A stretch of DNA of 64,000 nucleotides. It comes from Candidatus Krumholzibacteriia bacterium (lineage in GTDB: Bacteria; Krumholzibacteriota; Krumholzibacteriia; Krumholzibacteriales; Krumholzibacteriaceae). Both the position numbers and the translations under genes were made by a program. Of the stretch, positions 28,477 through 39,505 are shown one piece after another. The notes under the pieces were generated by a model that saw nothing but the letters and a program-made list of their open reading frames with translations, was not told the origin of the DNA and did no database searches. The DNA lies in NCBI GenBank assembly GCA_963836185.1, contig CAWIIQ010000001.1:416001-480000 (forward strand), in the 5' to 3' direction. Position 1 is the first letter of the stretch. Every line of letters begins with the position of its first letter.

Positions 28477-30165
28477 TCATTCTCCTGTCTCTGGTTCCGC
28501 CGCGGCAGCGGGAAGGTGGATTATCATCCGTGTTCCCTCGCCTTCAGCGCTTTCTACATCTATCCTGCCGTCGAGGTCCATCACGAGCCTGCGGACTATC
28601 GACAGCCCCAGTCCCGTTCCATCGGCCTTGGTCGTATAAAAATCGTCGAATATCCTCGACTTCTGTTCTTCATTCATCCCCGTCCCGTTGTCTGAAACAG
28701 TGACGCGGATCCATGTCCTGCCCCCGTCGCCGGGGACGTGTTCGGTCGCGACGGTGACCGTTCCCTGGTCGGGCCCGATGCTGTCGATGGCGTTGCGGAC
28801 GAGGTTCTCGAGGATGCGTCTCAGGGCGACGGGATCGGCCTCTACGACGGCGCCCTCGCAGAGGTCGGCGATCAGCCCGGCCGGCCTCGTTCCATGAAGG
28901 TCCGATACGATGCCGGCTGCGATATCGTTCACGTCGCAGGGCCTGCGGTCGAGACGGGGATAGAGGCGGGCATAGTTCGACGCTAGGTCATCGAGGTATG
29001 TGATGCTCGATTCAAGCGTCTCTTCCCGCTCGGAGAATACCCCGGGCATCGCCTGCGGGTCCTCCCGCGAGAGCTGCGAGAGGTGCCGTATTACGTTGCG
29101 TATCGGTGTCAGGCCGTTTTTGATGTCGTGGTTTACCTGTCTGGCCATCTCTCCCAGTGTCGCCCGCCGCTCGGCGTCCCTGATCCGCAGCGCCCCGGCC
29201 CGCAGCCTGTCGGTCATCGCTGCGAGGAGCTTCGAAAGCGCGCCGACTTCGTCCCTGCGGTCGGTCTCGAACTCGACATCGAGAGTGTCGAGATCGAGGC
29301 GGGATGTCTTCTTCGCGAGCTTCGTCAGGGGCCGGCTGATCCGTGACGAGAGCCATCCGACGATGATGACGGCGGCAAACCCCGCGATGGCGATAACGAT
29401 CAGGAACCAGCGGTCGATGCTGCCTGTGAGCTCGTCCAGCCCCGACAGGTCGTGCGATACGCGGAACCCCGACTCAACAAGGTTCCCGCGGTCGAGCTCG
29501 ATCAGGGGCACCGGGATCTCGCGGACGATCGCGTTGTCGGGATGATACTTCAGGTCGCTCGGATGGATGAGGTTCACCGAGAGTGAAGCCTCCCGTTCGA
29601 GCCGGGCGAGAAACCGGCGCTCGATCTCGATGCCTCCGGTGATGGTGAAATCTTTTCCCCCGATGCGCAGCCGGGCGGTCCGGGCGAGGACGATCATCTC
29701 CTTGTCGGGAGTGCGGACCTCGACAAGGGCCACCGATGCGGGAGCTGCCGCGAGCAGCCGGGGAAGCTCGGGCTCGAGGCGGTCGAATTCGTTGCGGAAA
29801 TGTCCCGAGCTGATTATCCGCCCTTCGCCGTCCTGTATCTGCAGCATCGAAAGCCCCGTCATCCGCATCGCGCCGCCGGCATAATCGAGCAGGTACCGGC
29901 GCGCGTCCTTGTCGCGGTCGACTGCGGCGCTTCGGAAGCGGTTATCGTCGAGGATCGTCTCTTTCAGGGCCAGAAGCGACGCGCCAAGGGCCGCGCTCTC
30001 CTGTTCGATGTCCGCCTCGATGACCGAGACGAGAGCATCGGCGCGCCGTTCGTACTGCACGGTGAGCCGTTTCGTCATCTCGAACCGGATAAGAAGCGAG
30101 AGGACGATCATCGGCACAAGCACGGCGGCGAGGAAAACGATCATCAGTCGTGTTCGGAATGACAC
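28477..30165 (-). CDS. Membrane HAMP-domain sensor histidine kinase (NtrY-like)
   Basis: Two TM helices, HAMP, ARQVNHDIKNGLTPI, NLVRNA, DNGTGM, YTTKADGTGLGL. Confidence 0.93.
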   Translation of the reverse strand: MSFRTRLMIVFLAAVLVPMIVLSLLIRFEMTKRLTVQYERRADALVSVIEADIEQESAALGASLLALKETILDDNRFRSAAVDRDKDARRYLLDYAGGAMRMTGLSMLQIQDGEGRIISSGHFRNEFDRLEPELPRLLAAAPASVALVEVRTPDKEMIVLARTARLRIGGKDFTITGGIEIERRFLARLEREASLSVNLIHPSDLKYHPDNAIVREIPVPLIELDRGNLVESGFRVSHDLSGLDELTGSIDRWFLIVIAIAGFAAVIIVGWLSSRISRPLTKLAKKTSRLDLDTLDVEFETDRRDEVGALSKLLAAMTDRLRAGALRIRDAERRATLGEMARQVNHDIKNGLTPIRNVIRHLSQLSREDPQAMPGVFSEREETLESSITYLDDLASNYARLYPRLDRRPCDVNDIAAGIVSDLHGTRPAGLIADLCEGAVVEADPVALRRILENLVRNAIDSIGPDQGTVTVATEHVPGDGGRTWIRVTVSDNGTGMNEEQKSRIFDDFYTTKADGTGLGLSIVRRLVMDLDGRIDVESAEGEGTRMIIHLPAAAAEPETGE

Positions 30166-30169
30166 TGGC

Positions 30170-31687
30170 TCATCTCCCCGGCGGTGCCGCCGGCCTGTTT
30201 AAAGCGCCTTCGATATATACATTGCCGTACCAGTCGACAGTCAGGCCGGCAGTTCCCTTACGGACTATAGCATGACTTCTTGTATCTACAAGCGGCAGCA
30301 TGGCATCGGCGAACCCGTCCCCCAGTTGAGAGAGCCAGTCCGCACTGTCGCGCAATTGCCGTATCTGCAGGCAGGGGTCGGCCGGATGAAAGGGGATCGA
30401 GATGATGTACGCGAATTCATCGCCGGCAGCAAGGCTTCTTCCCATCTCCTCCTCAGGCATTTCCGACACCGACAGATCATTCTGATCATCCATCAGTCCG
30501 GGGACCGCCGCCGCGAGTTTTGCCGCTCCCGGGGAGCTGTCCGGTCCCGCAGCTCCGAGGCCGACGATCCGCTCTGCGAGGTTGCGGGCGGCCGCATCCC
30601 TTCCGGAGAAGACGATCCTGCGGGAATCGTTAGATTCAGGTCTATATGACATGTACACCGGGGAGGAGTACGCGTCCGCTCCGTCTGCCAGGGTGGCGCA
30701 GAAGTCGATATTTCCCCACCATTCGGGATCTACATGTCCGCGCGCGACGCCGGGGACCGCATCTCTGGCGAGGCCGTCGGAAAATTCCCTGTCGATCCCC
30801 GCCGGTGTATCGCCAAGACGTATTTCCCGTACGCGGCTCGTGGAGAGAAGCAGGTATATCCTGGACCACGGGAGAGGGACCGTCTCGAGGTGAGACCTGG
30901 TGCGGGCATATTCGATGATATCCGGGTCCCTCGTGATCATCACGTCCACGGTCCCTTCGAGCAGGTCGCGCGGATCGAATGCGGCGGATGAACCGGGCTC
31001 GAGGAAGACAAGGACGGGCCCGTCACTGCCGGATACGGGAGACAAGGTGATGGTGCGGCGATGCATCGGGCCGGGTGACGACTGTTCGATATCGATCTTG
31101 CAGGGAGTGGAACCGTGCGGCCAGCGATCCCCGATCCTTGCGACGGCAAATGGAGGCGCTGTCAGTTCGCGGGGGAGCTCTTCACGGGTATTCATGAAAT
31201 AGATGTGGACAATGTTCTCACCGGCCGCCGCGACCGAATCTACGCCCGCCTCCCAGATGTCCGGCTCTATCCCTGCGCTCTGCCAGCAGTCGACGATATC
31301 CTGCGCGGTAACCGGGCTGCCGTCCTGGAATCTCGCGCCGCGCCGCAGGCGGAACGTCCATCGCCTGCCGCCGTCGCCGTCATACCACTCCGCCGCCAGG
31401 CCGGGATGGACCTTTCCTTCACAGTCGACGGTTATGAGTGTTTCGTAGAGATGCCCGAACAGGATCCGCTCGCTGTCGCTGCGGGGCAGGGGGGCGTTCG
31501 CCGGATCGACTCTGCCCGGCAGGGCGATCCTGATCGTGTCGGGCCGCTCGTCAGTTCCGTCCAGCACTACGCATTCCGGCGACAGGGCCGGTCCCGTACC
31601 TGCCGTCTGGCGTTTGCATCCCGCGGCGGCGAGCAGGCCGCAGATCAGCGATATGAAAATGACCGTATATCTGTTCATCCACTCCAA
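30170..31687 (-). CDS. ABC family-5 substrate-binding-like lipoprotein
   Basis: Lipobox AAGC; LYETLI..PGLAAEW...WTFRLRRGARFQDGSPVTAQDI. Confidence 0.8.
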   Translation of the reverse strand: MEWMNRYTVIFISLICGLLAAAGCKRQTAGTGPALSPECVVLDGTDERPDTIRIALPGRVDPANAPLPRSDSERILFGHLYETLITVDCEGKVHPGLAAEWYDGDGGRRWTFRLRRGARFQDGSPVTAQDIVDCWQSAGIEPDIWEAGVDSVAAAGENIVHIYFMNTREELPRELTAPPFAVARIGDRWPHGSTPCKIDIEQSSPGPMHRRTITLSPVSGSDGPVLVFLEPGSSAAFDPRDLLEGTVDVMITRDPDIIEYARTRSHLETVPLPWSRIYLLLSTSRVREIRLGDTPAGIDREFSDGLARDAVPGVARGHVDPEWWGNIDFCATLADGADAYSSPVYMSYRPESNDSRRIVFSGRDAAARNLAERIVGLGAAGPDSSPGAAKLAAAVPGLMDDQNDLSVSEMPEEEMGRSLAAGDEFAYIISIPFHPADPCLQIRQLRDSADWLSQLGDGFADAMLPLVDTRSHAIVRKGTAGLTVDWYGNVYIEGALNRPAAPPGR

Positions 31688-31859
31688 TATACCACCAGAC
31701 AGTCCATGGAGGCATCGGTTATTCGGTTGATGTATTCTTGAATAGTGCTGTATGAATCAGAATGTTGCCGGATAATGTGAAACAAAACAGCGTATATGAT
31801 GTCAAAACAGGCAGAGGGAGTATTATTCATTGTCATTCACTACTGAGGGGTAGTCTCGT

Positions 31860-34049
31860 ATGAAAAACAGGTCCTTTTCCATCGGATCGATCATTCTTTC
31901 GATCTCATTAGTTGTAGTCGCGGTCAGCGGTTTTATCACCTGGCGCCTCTTTCCGATCCCGTTCGGGACACTGTTTGATGTTTTCCTGTCTCTGACAGTC
32001 GCCGCCCTGTTCCTGTGCCTCGCGACACTCGCCGTCATGGCTTTTCGGGCAAGGACGATATGGCTCAAGGCGATCGGCGTCATTCCCGCGATCTTCGCGA
32101 TCGTGATCGCCTCGGCGGTTATCATTATCAAGGTCGACTACAGGCTCCTCCCGGAGATGAGCTACGGGTACGGCCTGAGCGCCGATGAATGGAAAGAGGA
32201 CGTCAGATATTTCGCGCAGGAGTACCCGAAGAAGCATCCGAGACTATACGAGATGGTGGACAGGGAGAGATTCGAGGCCCGCGCCGCCGCGCTCGAGGAG
32301 GCGATTCCGAAACTCAGCGAGAACAGCATCAAGATGGAGCTGTACAAGCTTCTCGCCCTGCCGAACGATGCGCATTCATTCCCCAACGTATTCACGCACA
32401 AGCTTGACTGGCACGCCCTGCCGTTCCAGTTATGGCTCTTCGGCGACGGAGTCTACGTGCTCGACGCCGGGAGGGAGCACCGCGATTTGATCGGTGCGCG
32501 CCTCGTCGAGATAGGGGACACGCCGATCACGGAGGCCTACAAGATACTCCGGCCGTACCTGGCCGCCGAGAACGAGTTCAACTGGAAGGAAAGGTTCATC
32601 TACTGCATCAGCATCGTCGAGTTCCTCCAGGCCGCCGGCATAGTCGAGGATTCGCGGGCCGTTTACATGACATTCGAGACGCGCGACAAGTTGAAGCTGA
32701 CGGTCGAGGTAGAGACGCACCATTACGTTCCGGTTCTGTACTGGGCGACCATAAGCACTGTCGACAACGATCTCCCGTATGTGATCTCGAATGATCGTGA
32801 GGACAACTGGTGGTTCGAGTACCAGGAGGAGACAGGCACGCTCTACCTTCAGTTCAACGCCTGCCAGCGGCTGAACGGGGATGAGAATATAGATGAATTC
32901 GCCGATCGTCTCGGCGAGTGGGTGGAGAAGAATGAGTTCGAGAGGTTCGTATGCGACATACGTGCAAACGGGGGTGGCGATGCCTACGTCTCGAGGCAGC
33001 TGGCCGGACTGATCAGCGGCAGCGAAAGGATCGATCGTCCCGGGAGGCTCTTTGTACTTACGAGCCGAAAGACATACTCCGCGGCCGTGATGTTCCTCTC
33101 GCTGGTCGAGAACAACACGAAAGCGGTCATCGTCGGTGAGCCGACGGGCCAGGGGCCCTTCTTCTGCGGGGGGCCGCAGTTGACGGAGCTTCCCAACTCG
33201 GGGTTGAAGCTTTTCATATCCAGCCATTACAACCAGTGCTCGCTCTTCGATGACGGGCGCGGCTGGATCATGCCCGACCTGCCGGTCGAATACACGGTGA
33301 AGGATTATCTCGAGGGGCGCGATCCGATGATGGAAGCGGTCCTCGAATACGGGACGCCGGTAGTGTCAGAACCGGGGCTCGATATATCGGAGCAGGAGAA
33401 ATATACCGGCCGATACTGCCTCAGTCCTTACCAGATCCTGACCGTGGAGACGGCGGGGGAGAGGCTCCATTTCTCGGTCGATGATTTCTTCGAGGGAAGT
33501 TACAGAAAGGTCAGCTCCGATCTTTACTTCTCCGGCGGCAACATGTTTCACACCGATATAGACGGGGTGAAGCTCTTCTTCTCCGATGGTCCGGACGGCT
33601 CAGCGGAGGGAGTCACCCTGATGTGGCGCGGGATCAACTCATATTCGGAGAGAGCGCCGGAAGGGTACATGGTGCCCATGGAACTGTTCGCCGAGGGATC
33701 GGCCGCCGAGGCGGCTGAGGCTATCTATATAAACAGGCATGTCTACCTCGCGGAGGTGCCGGACCTCGAGTCGAGGCTGAATTTCATGGGGTACGCCCTG
33801 CTCCGGGACAGGAATGACGGGCAGGCTGTGACGATATTCGAGCTCAATGTGAAGCTTTTCCCTGAGTCGGCCAACACTCACGACAGCCTCGGCGAGGCGT
33901 ACATGCTGAGCGGTAAGAGGGAGCTGGCGATAAAGAGCTACGAGCAGGCTCTCGAGCTGAATCCGGAGAGTAAAAACGCCATCGAGATGCTCGAACATCT
34001 CAGGAATGGTGAGACCTTCGACCGCGATACCGGCAAATGGACAGGCTGA
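31860..34049 (+). CDS. Membrane-anchored S41-like peptidase with C-terminal TPR
   Basis: Three N-terminal TM helices, DIRANGGG, TSRKTYSAA, IVGEPTG, and FPESANTHDSLGEAY TPR. Confidence 0.8.
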   Translation: MKNRSFSIGSIILSISLVVVAVSGFITWRLFPIPFGTLFDVFLSLTVAALFLCLATLAVMAFRARTIWLKAIGVIPAIFAIVIASAVIIIKVDYRLLPEMSYGYGLSADEWKEDVRYFAQEYPKKHPRLYEMVDRERFEARAAALEEAIPKLSENSIKMELYKLLALPNDAHSFPNVFTHKLDWHALPFQLWLFGDGVYVLDAGREHRDLIGARLVEIGDTPITEAYKILRPYLAAENEFNWKERFIYCISIVEFLQAAGIVEDSRAVYMTFETRDKLKLTVEVETHHYVPVLYWATISTVDNDLPYVISNDREDNWWFEYQEETGTLYLQFNACQRLNGDENIDEFADRLGEWVEKNEFERFVCDIRANGGGDAYVSRQLAGLISGSERIDRPGRLFVLTSRKTYSAAVMFLSLVENNTKAVIVGEPTGQGPFFCGGPQLTELPNSGLKLFISSHYNQCSLFDDGRGWIMPDLPVEYTVKDYLEGRDPMMEAVLEYGTPVVSEPGLDISEQEKYTGRYCLSPYQILTVETAGERLHFSVDDFFEGSYRKVSSDLYFSGGNMFHTDIDGVKLFFSDGPDGSAEGVTLMWRGINSYSERAPEGYMVPMELFAEGSAAEAAEAIYINRHVYLAEVPDLESRLNFMGYALLRDRNDGQAVTIFELNVKLFPESANTHDSLGEAYMLSGKRELAIKSYEQALELNPESKNAIEMLEHLRNGETFDRDTGKWTG

Positions 34050-34314
34050 CGGGTTGTTACAGGCGGAATGCGGCATCCGCGAAAGTGTGCAAATAATTCA
34101 ATTTACGTCATTATTGCCTTGCTATTGGCCTGATTAGTGCTATCTTGAGCCGTGACAGAAAGATTTGGGAGCGAAGCTACAAAGCAATACAGATAGTGAC
34201 GGTAGACAGAACCTGCCTTTTAGATCTTCTCGATTATCGGCTTTACTTGATTCCTCACCAAAAAAACTGTACGTGGTACTTTTACTCATTCGAGACCATA
34301 TTTAGGAGGTCAAG

Positions 34315-34599
34315 ATGAAGCTTTACGTAGGAAACCTTTCGTTTGATACAGGTGAGAGCGATCTTCGCTCCGCTTTCGAGGCTCACGGCACCGTGGACTC
34401 AGTAGCAGTAGTCTCCGACAAGTACACCGGCCGCTCAAGGGGCTTCGGTTTTGTCGAGATGAACAACGCTGAAGAGGCCAAGGTCGCCATGGCCGAGCTC
34501 AACGAGAAGGAACTCGACGGCCGCAAGCTGAACGTCAACGAAGCACGTCCCCGCGAAGACAATCGTGGCGGCGGCGGTGGCGGACGCGACAGGTACTAA
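34315..34599 (+). CDS. Single-RRM RNA-binding protein
   Basis: RNP2 LYVGNL, RNP1 RGFGFVEM, Gly-rich tail, SD AGGAGG. Confidence 0.97.
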   Translation: MKLYVGNLSFDTGESDLRSAFEAHGTVDSVAVVSDKYTGRSRGFGFVEMNNAEEAKVAMAELNEKELDGRKLNVNEARPREDNRGGGGGGRDRY

Positions 34600-34667
34600 G
34601 CGACCTGATCGCTGAATGAGATCTATACGGGCTGCAGGCAGGGAGCCCGGATGATCGATAAATCGAG

Positions 34668-34695
34668 AGGGAGCCGGATTCCGGCTCCCTTTTTC
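34668..34695 (+). terminator. Rho-independent terminator
   Basis: AGGGAGCCGG-ATT-CCGGCTCCCT-TTTT. Confidence 0.85.
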
Positions 34696-34976
34696 TGTTC
34701 CAGGCCCTGCAGCGACAACCCTTTATACCAATTAAGAATGATTATAAGCTTGTTTTGTCCCACCGGATAGTGTATAATAACTTAGTAATCAGCCTGGTAT
34801 TACTGCCGGGCATTTGCATCTCTGGAGTTCTTTACAGTTTTTTGTTTTCCGGTGTCCCCGCCAACGTTTCTGGAATCTCGCAAACAGACAATTCAGGGTC
34901 GAAGAAGAACAACTGAGGATCGCATCGTACTTTGACGATTTTCACGTATCTGCAGCGGATATGAAGGAGTTTATTT

Positions 34977-37900
34977 ATGCGCACGGAGAATACTCGCTCC
35001 CGCAATCTCGCAAACACAAGCGCGCGGACCCGGATCCTTGACTGGAAGACAGACATCATCGTTATGATTGGCGCGGTGATGCTTCTTGCCGCCGTCCTGA
35101 TGCTCACATCGGGCACGGCCTGGGGAATAAGCGCCTCGCCAGACCCGGTGCTGGTAAAACAGCCAGACGGCTCATCGATCACCCTCTTCCTTAAAGGGGA
35201 CGAGTATTTCCACTGGAACGAGGACGAGACGGGATTCCCGGTCATGCGCTCGGCCGACGGCAGGTCCTGGGTATACGCGATAGAGCAGCTCGGGCAGCTC
35301 GCCCCTACCGGCGTCATGGCCGGAAGCGTCAATCCGCTGCTTGCCGGGCTCCCGAGGCCCGATATCCAGCGGATCCGCACCGAGGCGCTGAAGAGCTCCC
35401 GGCCGATGCTCGAGTCGGACCAGGAGATCCTCAAGGCGCCGGCTGCGGCGACGATGTACAACCTCGTCGTGCTGGTGAACTTCTCCGATCTCGCTATAAC
35501 GAGCACCACGCAGGAATTCGACGACCTGTTCAACGAGGTCGGTCACACGGCCGACGGCGCGACAGGTTCGGTGAAGGACTACTATGACGAGGTCTCCTAC
35601 AACCAGCTCGACGTCGTGTCGGTCGTAGAGGATCCCGTTACGATAAGCCAGGGGTACGCGTACTACGGCGCCAACTCGGGTGGCTTCGACATCAGGCCCC
35701 GCGAGATGGTCGCCGAAGCGCTCGCCGCCCTCAATGCGCGCGGCTTCGATTTCAGCACGGTCGACGGCGACGGCGATGGATGGATAGACGGCCTGACCGT
35801 CATCCACGCCGGCGGCGGAGAGGAATACTCAGGCAACGATCCCGACTATATCTGGTCGCATCAGTGGGCTCTGGCGACCACGGCAATATATGACGGCACG
35901 CGGATGCGTCCGTACCACACCGAGCCGGCCCGCCGCGGGTATGATTCCAGCCCGTCCACGTGGGGTATCACGAGGATCGGCGTCATCTGCCACGAGACGG
36001 GTCATTTCCTCGGCCTTCCCGATTTTTACGATTACGGGTACGACAGCCGCGGCGCCGGTAACTTCTGCCTGATGGCGGGAGGCTCCTGGGGCAACGGCGG
36101 GATCACACCGGTCCACATGAACGGGGTCTGCAAGTACTGGCTCGGCTGGGTAACGCCGACCGAGATAACAGGAAGCGGCTCGTACGCGCTCTCGCAGACC
36201 GAGACAACCCAGGACATGTATCTCATGCAGGGCCCGTTCGCGAGCACCGAGTACTTCATTGTCGAAAACAGACAGGGTGTCGGATTCGACGTCTCGCTCC
36301 CCGGCAGCGAGCGCGGCATCCTCATCTGGCACGTCGACGAGACGATCAGTAACAATGACGACCAGACACATTACCAGTGCGACCTCGAAGAGGCGAGCGG
36401 CACTCAGCATCTCGAACTCGACATTAATGGGGGAGATGACGCAGATTACTTCAGGGCCGGCAACCTGGCCGAGTTCACCAGTCTTACGACTCCGAACAAC
36501 CTCGCGTATGACAATACGCCGCTCGGAATCGACATCCAGCTGGTAAGTGCGTCAGGCCCCCTGATGTCGTTTATCGTCAACGGGATGGCGGTCGAAGTGA
36601 CGGCTCCGGTCCCGGCCGAGACCGTCGACGTAGATGATGTCTACCGGGTCGCATGGACGGTTACCGGCGATACGCCTGACTCGGTGAGCGTCCTGCTCAG
36701 CATCGACAGCGGGACGACATATCCCGATACGATCGCGACGGGTATCTCAGTGGTCAACTACTACGACTGGACCGTCCCGAACCTTCCCGTCCCCACGGCG
36801 CGCATCAAGGTGATCGCCTATTCGGGCGGCGCTGTCGCCGGGTACGGCGAGATGGAAGGCGACTTCACGATCAGCGGCGCTCCCTACAGGTATGTATCGA
36901 CGGCCGGCGGGAACATCTATCCATATTCGCTTCCCGCATGGGCGGCGCACACTATACAGGACGCGCTTGATGCGTCTGTCGACGGTGACTCGATCATGGT
37001 CGCGGGCGATACCTATCTCACATCGATCAGCGTTCACAATGACGTATACCTGATGGGTGGATGGGATGCAGGTTTCACCGTCCGTGATCCCGAAACGAAC
37101 GTAACGACGATCCAGCATAATGGCAGCGTCGTATCATTCCTGACGATTCCGTCAGGTTCGCCCGGGATCGAGGGATTCACGATAACTGGCGGCTCGGGGA
37201 CATCGACCCTGCTGCCCGGCAGCGGGATCTACGGCGGCGGCGTCTTCGTCTACAGCTCGCCGGCGATCATAAAGAACAACATCATCACTTCAAACGGATA
37301 CACGAGCACGACCGGCTACAGCGCCGGCGGCGGGATCGCCTGCTACAACGGGACCGTCACGATAGAGGGGAACGAGATCACAGGCTGCGTCGCCCAGAGC
37401 GGCGGAGGCATCTATCTCTACCAGGCGACGGCGGCTATAACGGGGAACACGATCTCCGGCGCGTCGCCCAACGCCTCGTTCACCGGCGTGAGGAACGGCG
37501 GCGGGATCTACGCGCTGCATTCCGACATCACGATGTCGGGGAACGTGATATCCGGCAACACCGGTTATGTCAACGGCGGCGGGATCTACGCCGGCCTGAC
37601 ACCCGTCACGGCGGCGGACGACTCGATATACGGTAACGACGTCACGAGCACCGGCGGAGGCGTCTACGCGGAGCACTCGGCGCTTTCGATAACGCGCGGC
37701 TTTGTCCAGGGCAATACCGCCACGTCTACCGGCGGAGGCATATACTGCAATGCGGACCAGTTTATTCTCCATAATTCTGTCGTGGCGCAGAACGGCGCCG
37801 GCACGATCGGTGGCGGAGTCTATGCCGACAGCACGTGGGGCGCCTGGTACAACAACACGGTCGACCGCAACACGTCTGGCATTACTGGCGGAAACGCTTT

Positions 37901-39125
37901 CCTCTCGCCTGCCGCGGCGACTGATGTGCGAAACAACATCTTCTCGTACGGCGGCACGAACGGTTTCGCCGCTGCGACCGATGTCGGCCTCACATACCAG
38001 TACAACAATGCTTTCGGGAACTCCGGCAGCGATGTGGTAAATATCGTTCCCGACGTTACGAACATAAGCCGCGACCCGGCGTACGCCGACACGGCATCTC
38101 TTGATTATTATCTCGCGCTCCATTCGGGGAGCATCGATACGGGCGATCCGCTCGGGCTCGATCCCGACGGCTCGAGGGTAGACCAGGGCGCCTTCGGCAA
38201 CCCTGACGCCCTGTTCGCGGCGCCTGCTTATGTCCAGAACCTCGTTGCCGTGGTAACGAACGACACGACGATCACGATCTCGTGGGACGGCCGCACGCCG
38301 GTCGGCGGCGACTACTACGCGATATACTCCGAGGGGACATCGGGGTTCGCTCCGGCCGAGTCGAACTTCATCGGTACGGTCGGCGCCTCGATCAACGTGT
38401 TCCAGCATCACCCGGTGGCGGGATGCCATTACTATCGCGTAAGCTACATCGACGGCGCGGGCTACATGAGCGGGTACTCGAACGAGTCCGGCGAATGCAC
38501 TGCCGGGCCCGACCTCGTGGCCCCGGTGGTGACGGTCACATACCCGAACGGCGGCGAGGCCTTCGAGCCGGGTGACCCGATCGAGATCCAGTGGGTCGCG
38601 ACCGACAACAACAATGTCGACTCGGTGAGCATCTTCTACTCGGAGAACGCCGGCGGAGCCTTCACCCTTATCGCCTCGAGCGAGCCGAACGATTCGAGCT
38701 ACGCGTGGATAGCCCCCGACATATCGAGCGATTCGTGCCTCGTGAGGGTAGTTGCTTACGATCCGTCCCTTCTTACGGGAGAGGATGTCAGCGACGCGAT
38801 ATTCACGATCAAGATCGTCTCGACCGATGGCGAGCTGCCGGCAGTCACGTGGGCGCTCTCGCAGAACTTCCCCAACCCGTTCAACCCGACGACGACGATC
38901 CATTACGACGTCAAGGCGGGGGGCGGGCAGGTCAGCCTGCGGGTATTCGACGTCTCGGGGCGTGTAGTGCGTACCCTCGTCGACGGCAGCCAGACAGAGG
39001 GCAGCAAGTCGGTCACCTGGAACGGCACGAACGACCGCGGACAGCGTGTCGCGAGCGGGATCTACTTCTACCGGATGATCGCACCGGACTTCACCGAGAC
39101 GAAGAAGATGGTGCTTCTGAGATAA
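34977..39125 (+). CDS. Secreted M6 (immune inhibitor A) metalloprotease + beta-helix + Ig-like + FlgD/T9SS-like tail
   Basis: QPDG...GDEYFHW propeptide, VIHAGGGEE, ICHETGHFLGLPD, YFIVENRQ, GILIWHVDE, GGGIY repeats, SQNFPNPFNP tail. Confidence 0.92.
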   Translation: MRTENTRSRNLANTSARTRILDWKTDIIVMIGAVMLLAAVLMLTSGTAWGISASPDPVLVKQPDGSSITLFLKGDEYFHWNEDETGFPVMRSADGRSWVYAIEQLGQLAPTGVMAGSVNPLLAGLPRPDIQRIRTEALKSSRPMLESDQEILKAPAAATMYNLVVLVNFSDLAITSTTQEFDDLFNEVGHTADGATGSVKDYYDEVSYNQLDVVSVVEDPVTISQGYAYYGANSGGFDIRPREMVAEALAALNARGFDFSTVDGDGDGWIDGLTVIHAGGGEEYSGNDPDYIWSHQWALATTAIYDGTRMRPYHTEPARRGYDSSPSTWGITRIGVICHETGHFLGLPDFYDYGYDSRGAGNFCLMAGGSWGNGGITPVHMNGVCKYWLGWVTPTEITGSGSYALSQTETTQDMYLMQGPFASTEYFIVENRQGVGFDVSLPGSERGILIWHVDETISNNDDQTHYQCDLEEASGTQHLELDINGGDDADYFRAGNLAEFTSLTTPNNLAYDNTPLGIDIQLVSASGPLMSFIVNGMAVEVTAPVPAETVDVDDVYRVAWTVTGDTPDSVSVLLSIDSGTTYPDTIATGISVVNYYDWTVPNLPVPTARIKVIAYSGGAVAGYGEMEGDFTISGAPYRYVSTAGGNIYPYSLPAWAAHTIQDALDASVDGDSIMVAGDTYLTSISVHNDVYLMGGWDAGFTVRDPETNVTTIQHNGSVVSFLTIPSGSPGIEGFTITGGSGTSTLLPGSGIYGGGVFVYSSPAIIKNNIITSNGYTSTTGYSAGGGIACYNGTVTIEGNEITGCVAQSGGGIYLYQATAAITGNTISGASPNASFTGVRNGGGIYALHSDITMSGNVISGNTGYVNGGGIYAGLTPVTAADDSIYGNDVTSTGGGVYAEHSALSITRGFVQGNTATSTGGGIYCNADQFILHNSVVAQNGAGTIGGGVYADSTWGAWYNNTVDRNTSGITGGNAFLSPAAATDVRNNIFSYGGTNGFAAATDVGLTYQYNNAFGNSGSDVVNIVPDVTNISRDPAYADTASLDYYLALHSGSIDTGDPLGLDPDGSRVDQGAFGNPDALFAAPAYVQNLVAVVTNDTTITISWDGRTPVGGDYYAIYSEGTSGFAPAESNFIGTVGASINVFQHHPVAGCHYYRVSYIDGAGYMSGYSNESGECTAGPDLVAPVVTVTYPNGGEAFEPGDPIEIQWVATDNNNVDSVSIFYSENAGGAFTLIASSEPNDSSYAWIAPDISSDSCLVRVVAYDPSLLTGEDVSDAIFTIKIVSTDGELPAVTWALSQNFPNPFNPTTTIHYDVKAGGGQVSLRVFDVSGRVVRTLVDGSQTEGSKSVTWNGTNDRGQRVASGIYFYRMIAPDFTETKKMVLLR

Positions 39126-39156
39126 GTCGAAAGGTTGAAATACCGATTATCAGTAC

Positions 39157-39190
39157 GGGGGGCGGTCGATTCGATCGTCCCCCTTTTTTG
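39157..39190 (+). terminator. Rho-independent terminator
   Basis: GGGGGCGGTC-GATTC-GATCGTCCCC-TTTTTT. Confidence 0.75.
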
Positions 39191-39264
39191 TGTGAGTGAG
39201 CCTCTATAAACAGGTACGAGGATACCTGAATAATTCTTCTAATCTGTTGTGATATAAACATTTG

Positions 39265-39294
39265 TTGACATTGGTCCAGTGGTTGTGATATAGT
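39265..39294 (+). promoter_or_regulatory. Sigma70 promoter of giant protein 1
   Basis: TTGACA, 18 nt spacer, TATAGT, with an extended -10 TG. Confidence 0.6.
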
Positions 39295-39505
39295 GCTGGC
39301 GCAAAGGGTTAAATGGTAACCTTGGTGTCTCGCAGTGTCTCGCGGTGTCTGGCAACACCGGCCCGGGTTCGCGTTCGAGGGGTATTTCAATCAATTCGAT
39401 CATTCGGCTGTTCAGCAGTAGTACGAGTTGTATCTGTACGTCTGCACATTTCATAGATCTTTCCTCTGAAAAAACAATTAACTCCAACCCTGTCAGGAGT
39501 ACGTC

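Noticed and set aside
34147-34314. Riboswitch or ncRNA in the long leader of the RRM gene
   Set aside because: No recognisable aptamer consensus; an Rfam/Infernal search would be needed.
37290-38903. Long antisense ORFs (537 aa here; also 27837-28703, 56093-57130, 23144-24127)
   Set aside because: They are shadows of GC-rich coding genes on the opposite strand or in another frame, with no recognisable motifs.
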